From Octopus sinensis (taxonomy: Eukaryota), in assembly GCF_006345805.1 (NCBI RefSeq), contig NC_043003.1, positions 10,664,001-10,728,000 on the forward strand: 64,000 bases of DNA. Direction: 5' to 3'. The notes under the pieces were generated by a model. That model had not been told where the DNA came from. It ran no database searches and was given only the letters and a program-made list of their open reading frames with translations. Shown piece by piece: positions 56,675-64,000 of this stretch. A program made the translations under genes and the position numbers. How positions within the stretch are numbered: the first letter of the stretch is position 1; every line of letters begins with the position of its first letter.

Positions 56675-56894
56675 TACTTGTTTCAGTCATTTGACTGTGG
56701 CCATGCTAGAGCGCCGCCTTTCGTCGAGCAAATCGACCCCAGGACTTATTCTTTGTAGGCCTAGTAGTTATTCTATCGGTGTCTTTTGCCGAACCGCTAG
56801 GTTACGGGTACGTAAACATATCATAATCAGTTGTCAAGTGATGTTGGGGGACAAACACAGACACACAAACACACACGCACACACACACATATAT

Positions 56895-56934
<40 letters not shown>

Positions 56935-57100
56935 CGACGGGCTTCTTTCAGTTTCCATCTACCAAATCCACTCACAAGGCTCTTGGTCGGCCCGAGGCTA
57001 TAGTAGAAGACACTTGCCCAAGGTGCCATGCAGTGGGACTGAACCCGGAACCATGTGGTTGGTAAGCAAGCTACTTACCACACAGCCACTCTTGCACCTA
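56675..57100 (-). mobile_element. tRNA-derived SINE family A (bipartite, internal (TA)n/(TG)n); representative copy
   Basis: Head gagtggctgtgtggtaagtagcttgcttaccaaccacatggttccgggttcagtccc; tail ...gcagtcaaatgactgaaacaagtaaaag. More than 15 full or partial copies, e.g. 9661-10520, 18585-19075, 47112-47470, 55755-56145. Confidence 0.88.
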
Positions 57101-57752
57101 TCCATTCAGATTTACGTAGCTATTTTTGTTATTTTATTTATAAATAAATACTTTTTCCAGATTAACATTGATTAAATGATTCAAAGGAGTTCAAACGCTT
57201 ATAAAAAGTCTAAGAGAAAATTTTTTTAATCTATTAAGAGAATTTTATTCTTTGCATAGCAACACTTTTCCAAATATTTTTGACTTTGTTCAGTTTGCGA
57301 CATTCTTGATGAGAACTCACGCGTTGCAACAGATTCTGTTGTATCTTAGGACGGTCATTATACCAATAATAAACACACGCACTGATTCAGTTTCACTTCC
57401 TTATTATCATTTGTCAATCGGTTAATCATTTAACCAGTTAACTAATTGCTTGTTTGATTAGTCATTTGGTCAATCAATCGATGAGTTACCTTTGTGAAAG
57501 TTCTTTCATCACCATTTGTGGCCTAATCAATGACATACTCACACTAGATCAGATGAGACAGGTCTAAAGCTAACCTGGATTGGATAGGGCATGTTTCTGA
57601 TGTGATCGCAAAAGGTGAGAGAAGGACATTGACAAAGCTAACTCAATAATTAATTAACAAAAAGATTAATGAAACAATAGATTACTATTTACATCATTTA
57701 CATTTGATAGATATTAACCCCAAGATTCTGAGTTCAATTCCAAGCAGTGACT

Positions 57753-57810
<58 letters not shown>

Positions 57811-57907
57811 TAATAATAATAATTATTATAATAATAATAATAACAATAATAATAACAACATCGAAAAATACCTTAGGAATGAGAACCCAGGTTCAAAATT
57901 TCCCCAA

Positions 57908-57953
57908 GACACCTGATGAAGGCTGAAGAGAATATCAGCCGAAACATTGCGTT
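57908..57953 (+). ncRNA. Minimal hammerhead motif (stem III ACGT changed to ACAT)
   Basis: GACAC CTGATGA A GGCTG aagagaatat CAGCC GAAAC ATT GCGTT. Confidence 0.5.
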
Positions 57954-58126
57954 AACAAGACAAGGACAAATATCCGTCAAATGTAAATAATGTAAATAAT
58001 AATAATAATAATAATAATAATATTAATAATAACAATAACAATAATAATAATAATAATAATAATGATGATGATGATAATATCGAAAAATACCTTAGGAATG
58101 AGAACCCAGGTTCGAAATTTCCCCAA

Positions 58127-58171
58127 GACACCTGATGAAGGCTGGAGGATACATCAGCCGAAAGTTATGTT
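58127..58171 (+). ncRNA. Minimal hammerhead motif (1-nt deletion in stem III)
   Basis: GACAC CTGATGA A GGCTG gaggatacat CAGCC GAAA GTT ATGTT. Confidence 0.45.
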
Positions 58172-58916
58172 AACAACAAATGTAAATAATGTAAATAATG
58201 TACATAATTCCTCATCTCTGGAATAGATTACTAGTTTAAATAGTAAACCAATTGACAAATAAATAATAAAGAAGTGAAATATAATCAGTGTGTGTGTGTG
58301 AGTGTGTTATTATTGGCACGATGACTGTCCTGAAAAACAACAACTATTTTTTCAAATACTTTTAATATTTTATAATTCCACGTTTTCATTCTGTATACGT
58401 GAGATGGTTTTGTTGTTGCTACGATTGAGAGAAACTGGCACTTTCAAGTTTGATCTCATAATTGAATTTATCTCCCAAGAGGTTCATCCATTCCCATTGC
58501 AAAGTTAATGTGGCCTTAAAACAAATTATAAATGAACTTCTTATGTTTGTGTGTATATATGTATGCATGTACATGTGTATCTGTACATATCCGTGTGTGT
58601 GTGTTGTGTGTGTGATAAAGGAGAAAATGAAATGATAAAGGAATAAATAATTGTCTTATGAACTTCATTAGCTTACAATTGTTTCTGCTATGAGATGCAA
58701 TGGACTCATATTTGAGTCCCTGTGTAACACCTTAGAGCTTCATCAGAGCAACACTCCAACCACTAGGCCATGCACCCCCTCACCATTGTGAGAACATACA
58801 ATTACAAAAAGATGCTGGGTGGGTAAAAATAAAGTCCAAAGGTAACTTGGGATTTAAATATATTACAAAGAAATATATGATCAAAATAAACTGGTGAAAA
58901 AATATTGAGAACTAAC

Positions 58917-59004
58917 TTGAGCAGTAATGCTGTGCCTTGCTTCAGATTGACCGATTCCAAGTGCCAACAATATTGTTTGCTGTTCACATCGATAGGAACC
59001 CAAC
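58917..59004 (-). CDS. RLIG1: RLIG1 homologue, internal exon
   Basis: Acceptor catcttcaatttacag, donor AA|gttagt. Encodes (G)WVPIDVNSKQYCWHLESVNLKQGTALLL(K), cf. human [20 protein letters not shown]...IALVLK. 88 nt, phase 1 to 2. Confidence 0.92.
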
Positions 59005-59448
59005 CTGTAAATTGAAGATGCTTTAGTTACATTGCAAAGACACATTGATGTAGCTGCAACAAGCTGCTATTAAAGTTAGAAGTGATGATGGTCACAAATG
59101 GAAGCAGTCATAGTCATATGCATTCAGTCATTCAAACTTAAATTCTCGTCATCATAATCATCTTCATAATCTTTTAACATACACTCTTCCATGCTTTGCT
59201 CAGACGGAATTTATTGAGGCAGATTATTTTTACAGCTGGATGCTCTTCCTGTTACCAACCTTCACCTGTTTCCGTGGCAAGGTAATATCTCCCCTTGGCC
59301 AGATAGGTTTTTTCATGGAAGACTGAAAACAAAGAACCTCACTTGTTTGATGGTGATACTCATTTACAACCATCACGTGATGTGAAGACAAGGGTACATA
59401 CAAACACAATCACACACACATGCTATATATATACATATATACATACAA

Positions 59449-59485
<37 letters not shown>

Positions 59486-59827
59486 GCTTCTTGCAATTTC
59501 TGTCTACCAAATCTGCTCATAATTCTTTGGTCAGCCTGGGGATATAGCAGAAGACATTTGCCCAAGGTGCTGTGTCGTGGGACAGAACCCAAGACCACAT
59601 GGTTGGGAAGCAAGCTTCTCAACCACATATCTACATTTGCACCTGTACATTGACACAAACACGCAAATGTTTGTTTTCCTTGTTATTCTCGATAGCTAAA
59701 CCCATCATGAAGATTGGCATGCATAAACGATGTGACAGGTTTCTATCTAAGCCACCCGTTTGGTCCATGAATGAGCTAAACTGGTAATGCTAGGTAATAA
59801 TATGAATAGGTATAAAATCATCCTTAC

Positions 59828-59912
59828 CAGGTGTATGTCCATTTTTGTCAGGATAAACAATGCCATCCTTCACTTCAACACCTGTTGCAGGAATCCAATG
59901 GTCTGGAAGAGG
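59828..59912 (-). CDS. RLIG1: RLIG1 homologue, internal exon
   Basis: Acceptor tttattcatttcttttacag, donor G|gtaagg. Encodes PLPDHWIPATGVEVKDGIVYPDKNGHTP(G), cf. human PAPECWIPAKE...NPVPDENGHIPG. 85 nt, phase 0 to 1. Confidence 0.93.
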
Positions 59913-60769
59913 CTGTAAAAGAAATGAATAAAGAGCAAAGATAAACGGAGGAGAACATTGTAAGAATGGGTCATCTACATTCATTTACAGAGACAATATT
60001 AATAAGTGTTAACAATCAAACACCAACCAATATTCTGTTCTACTCTAGGCACAAGGCCTGAAATTTGGGGGGAAAGGGCCTGTCGATTAGATCAACACCA
60101 GTAAACAACTGGTACTTGATTTATTGACTCTGGAAGGATGAAAGGCAAAGTTGACCACAGTGGAATTTGAACTCAGAACATAAAGACAAACAAAACACTA
60201 CTCAGCATCTTGCCCAGTGTGCTAACATTTCTGCCAGCTCGCCACCTTTATATAATCTTTTCTATTCTAGGCACAAGGCCGAAAATTTTTGAGGAGGTGG
60301 GGGCCAGTCGATTAGATCAACCTCAGTATGCAACTGGTACTTAATTAATTGACCCCGAAAGGATGAAAAGCAAAGCTGACTTTGGCGGAATTTGAACTCA
60401 GAACATAAATACAGACGAAATACCATTAAGCATTTCACCCAGCGTGCTAACGTTTCTGCCAGCTCATAAGCCAATCACCAATCAATATTGTTGAGAAAGT
60501 AATAAGATGGCAAAACGTTAAAGATTCCGGCTAAATATCAGTTCATTGAGTCAAATATTTCTATAGCCAGCTGCCCTTCCTGTTACCAGCCTTTATCTGT
60601 TTCCAAGCAAGGTAATACTTCCCCATGGCCAGACGTGTTCTCACAGAATATTCAAAAATGAATGAATGAATGACACTGCTTGTATAACAGTGGCACTTGT
60701 TTACAACTATGAGATGTCAAGACAAGGAGAAAACACACGCACACACACACACACACACATATGCTAGGT

Positions 60770-61015
60770 TTCTTTGTTTTTTATTTCTTTATTGCCCACA
60801 AGGGGCTAAACATAGAGGGGACAACCAAGGACAGACAAACGAATTAAGTCGATTACATCGGCACCAGTGTGTAACTGGTACTTAATTTATCGACCCCATA
60901 AGGATGAAAGGCAAAGTCGAGCTCGGCGGAATTTGAACTCAGAATGTAACGGCAGACGAAATACCGCTAAGTATTTCGCCCGGCGTGCTAACGTTTCTGC
61001 CAGCTCGCCGCCTTA
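60770..61015 (-). mobile_element. tRNA-derived SINE family B; representative young copy
   Basis: aggcggcgagctggcagaaacgttagc...gagttcaaattccgccg..gactttgcctttcatcctt..ggggtcgataaattaagtacc. The central domain resembles the Meta/MESC domain as I recall it (not verified). Confidence 0.85.
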
Positions 61016-61274
61016 ACCATTTCTTTCTGTTTCTCTTTACCAAATCCACTTACAAGGTTTTGATCAGCCCAGAACTGTAGTACAAAACAGTTGCTGAAGG
61101 ATCCATGCAGTGGGACTGAACCTGGAACCATTTGGTTGGGAAGCAAACTTCTTGAGCTAACAGCCAAGCTTACGCCTATAAACTTCTTCACTTCCTCCTC
61201 TCTCTAAAATTGAGGGAGGATGAAGGGGAGGAGCAGGGCGGGGAGAGAGTGGAAGGGAGGGAGGTGAGAGGAGA

Positions 61275-61307
<33 letters not shown>

Positions 61308-62364
61308 CACGACACACTGTATCCTCGATGACTCATATTAATAGGCTGAAATAACGACAAAAAGCAAGTACGAAGAGCAGATAACTCTGCTTGTCCAATG
61401 AGTTGCGTCCCTTAGATTGATAGCTATTTGAAACTATTTCTCAGTCATGGGCTAACGTTTTCGACATCAATCGCGATTAGATTATACCAAAGCACGAATT
61501 TAAGATACTTGCCAATAAAATCATTACATAACAAAGTTGAGAGGAATGATAAATTAATGAAATTCCATTTACCCTAAAGTGGAAGCTTTACAAAAAATGG
61601 TCTACCTCAATACATAGGCGCAGGCATGGCTGCGTAGTAAGAGACTTGCTTTGCAACCATTTGGCTTCAGGTTCAGTCCCACTGCATGGCACTTTGGACA
61701 GGTGTCTTTTACAAATAACCACTGGCTGCCCAATGCCTTTGGGAATGAATTCAGTAAGTTATAAAGACACAAGCAAACTAATATGGGTTGTCAAGCAGTG
61801 GCAGGAAGTGTGGGGCGGTTCAAGTAAATGCACACACACACATACACACACACGAACACAGAGCAAGCTACACCAGCATGGTGCATCAGTGTTAAATGAC
61901 AATGATGACAATACATCGCATGAACCAAATGCACAAAAGGTAAGGGACAGATGGCTGTGTCATCAAAGGAAAGCATAAAACAGAAAACAGGGATCACGCT
62001 CAACCACAAACCATTATTTAGAATATATTATGGAAACATGAAAGAAAGACCTTTAAGTAGGATAAATAAATATCAGTCACCGAGATGGTTGTGTGGTGTA
62101 AGAAGCTAGCTTTGTAACCATGTGGTTTTAGGTTCAGTCCCACCATGCAACACCTTGGACAAGTGTCTTCTATTATAGCTCAGGGGTAGGGCGGCAAGCT
62201 GGCAGACATGTTAGCACACCATCTGTCTTTACGTTCTGAGTTCAAATTCCGCCTAGGTTGACTTTGCCTTTCATTTTTTTGGGGTCACTAGATTAAGTAC
62301 CAGTTACGCACTGGGGTCGATGTAATCGACTTCATCCCTTTATCTGTCCTTGTTTGTCCCCTTC

Positions 62365-62664
62365 GTCACTGCCTGGAATCGAACTCGAAATCTTGGGGTT
62401 AGTAGCCCATGCTCTTAACCCCAAGATTCCAAGTTCGATTCCAGGCAGTGACCTGAATAATAATAATAACAATAATAATAATAATAACAACATCGAAAAA
62501 TACTTTAGGAGTGAGAACCCAGGTTCTAAATTTTCCCAAGACACCTGATGAAGGCTAGAGGGTATATCAGCTGAAACGTTGTGTTAACAACAAACAAGAT
62601 GAGGACAAATATCCGTCAAATGTAAATAATGTAAATAATTCCTCATCTCTTAAATATAGAACTA
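62365..62664 (+). mobile_element. tRNA-headed hammerhead-bearing element (family E), best copy, with inverted head duplication
   Basis: B box gttcgattcc, (AAT)n spacer, then gagaacccaggtt...gacacCTGATGAaggct..cagctGAAACGTTgtgtt...cctcatctcttaaatatagaac. Confidence 0.8.
62540..62585 (+). ncRNA. Minimal type I hammerhead ribozyme motif
   Basis: Stem I GACAC/GTGTT; core CTGATGA(A); stem II GGCT../..AGCT; GAAA; palindromic 2-bp stem III AC-GT; predicted cleavage triplet GUU. Confidence 0.65.
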
Positions 62665-62935
62665 AATTATTTCAAGTTCTCATGAATATATATCTTGTTT
62701 TTTCCCCTGACCTACTTAACAACTGGTGTTGGTTTGTTTACATCCTATAAGCCTAGTAATTTTCAAATGCGACTACTTGAATAAGTAGCAGACTTCCCAA
62801 AAAAAAAACATAAATACTAAAGTTGATGTGTTCAGTTAAACCCTCCAAAGATGATGTCCCAGCATGGCCACAGTCCAATGACTGAAACAAAAAAATACAA
62901 ACGATAAATATTTTTTTAAAAATACAGAACCTGAC

Positions 62936-63066
62936 CTTAAAATCTTGCTCGAAATTCCACTGAAACGTGGCATCTTTATCAAGTTGCTCATTCTGAAATT
63001 TACGAAATTCTTTCTCGGCAAACTTCTTGGGTTTTCTATCATGACGGGCCCATAACCATGGCCTGT
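62936..63066 (-). CDS. RLIG1: RNA ligase 1 (C12orf29) homologue, internal exon (first in window)
   Basis: Acceptor ccttttttctctttgcag, donor AAG|gtcagg. Encodes xRPWLWARHDRKPKKFAEKEFRKFQNEQLDKDATFQWNFEQDFK, matching human C12orf29 [21 protein letters not shown]...FFWNVEEDFK as recalled. 131 nt, phase 1 to 0. Confidence 0.93.
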
Positions 63067-63434
63067 CTGCAAAGAGAAAAAAGGTCGTAAATAAATGTCA
63101 ATGTCAGGATTGTTATAAAGTTAGGAAGAACAATGAACATTTATAAATGAAAGGACATCATAGTTTTGATGGTGTCATATTTAATATTCCAGGGTGGCAA
63201 ACAAAGCATGATCCCATTGAGGTGAGATGCAGGTTTGCAGGCCAATTTCAAGTTGACCAAAGCCTTGTGGGTTTATTTGGGAGATAGAAACTGAAATAGA
63301 CCTGATGTGCTGGTGTTTGTGCATATATATATATATATATATTATAAAGGGTAAAATTAATTAATTAATTAATTAATAATCAATAATTTTACCAAGTAGT
63401 TTGGTATGTTAAAAGAACTATTATCGGTATACTT

Positions 63435-63844
63435 AAACAAAAATTTTTATAATTATGAGTATAATTATAATTAGGGTTCAGCAAAAAATTTGCTTCACCA
63501 CATACCGAAATTTAGAAATAGCAGTTAAAACTAACTATTTCTCTACCATAAGAAAATCTCCCAGATAGCAATACACAACACCCATGCACGTTATTTTTTT
63601 CTCTTTGCCTGCGTGGGTTGTTGAGTATTGCTGTCTGGAAGATTTTCTTGTGGTAGTGAAATAGTTAGTTTTAACTGCTATTTCTAAATTTCGGTATGTG
63701 GTGAAGTAAATTTTTTGCTGAACCCTAATTATAATTATACTCATCATCATCATCATCATCGTCGTTTAGCGTCCGTTTTCCATGCTAGCATGGGTTGGAC
63801 GGAGCATGGGTTGGACGGCTCATAATTATAAAATTTTTTTGTTT
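63435..63844. repeat. Long inverted repeat with an RTE-tail insertion in the right arm
   Basis: ~150-bp arms around a ~20-nt loop (63589-63609). Insert 63745-63818 is flanked by duplicated ctcat. Confidence 0.88.
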
Positions 63845-64000
63845 ATATATATATATCAGGTCATCCCCATAAGTTCTGTCCGAATTTTGAATAAAGAAAA
63901 CAAGTGATCAAATGTTATATTTAATTGAAATTTAATCATCAATGTACTTTCCCTGATTATCTATGACTTCCTTCCATCTATTTACAAGCTTTTTAATCCC

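Larger units (their letters stand above)
57688..58225 (+). mobile_element. Family E element with two tandem hammerhead modules
   Basis: Partial tRNA head at 57715, (AAT)n, module 1 (~57858-57995), (AAT)n, module 2 (~58078-58225). An inverted 3' segment lies at 57688-57714. Confidence 0.8.

Noticed and set aside
91-62452. tRNA genes
   Set aside because: All tRNA-like A/B-box segments are SINE heads running into repeat bodies; none gives a complete cloverleaf with a terminator.
19961-62585. Functional link between intronic hammerheads and the host RNA ligase
   Set aside because: Hammerhead products (2',3'-cyclic phosphate and 5'-OH) are RtcB-type substrates, whereas RLIG1 joins 5'-phosphate to 3'-OH. 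The elements are abundant repeats, so co-location is expected by chance.

Overview
Eukaryotic, repeat-saturated genomic DNA. The SINE/RTE repeat types and extreme microsatellite density suggest a cephalopod (octopus-like); this is an inference. The only host gene I can identify is on the minus strand: five internal coding exons of an RLIG1/C12orf29 (5'-3' RNA ligase) homologue at 63066-62936, 59912-59828, 59004-58917, 54617-54514 and 10847-10678. They have GT-AG boundaries, continuous reading phase and a 43.7-kb intron. The N-terminal exons (with the adenylated Lys) and the last exon were not found in the window. The rest is intronic or intergenic: several tRNA-derived SINE families, a 5'-truncated RTE LINE and many RTE 3' ends, fragments of a restriction-like-endonuclease LINE, a CR1/L2-group LINE and mariner elements, a Helentron-like element, long fold-back hairpins, minisatellites, compound microsatellites and a 100-N gap. 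Most notable: (i) a tRNA-headed SINE-like element carrying a minimal hammerhead ribozyme and Penelope-like inverted ends; (ii) a second Penelope-like repeat with a near-canonical GUC hammerhead; (iii) a ~2.9-kb region dense in the nuclear-receptor motif TCAAGGTCA. Nearly all other ORF-track entries are low-complexity artefacts. Repeat boundaries were read by eye and are approximate.
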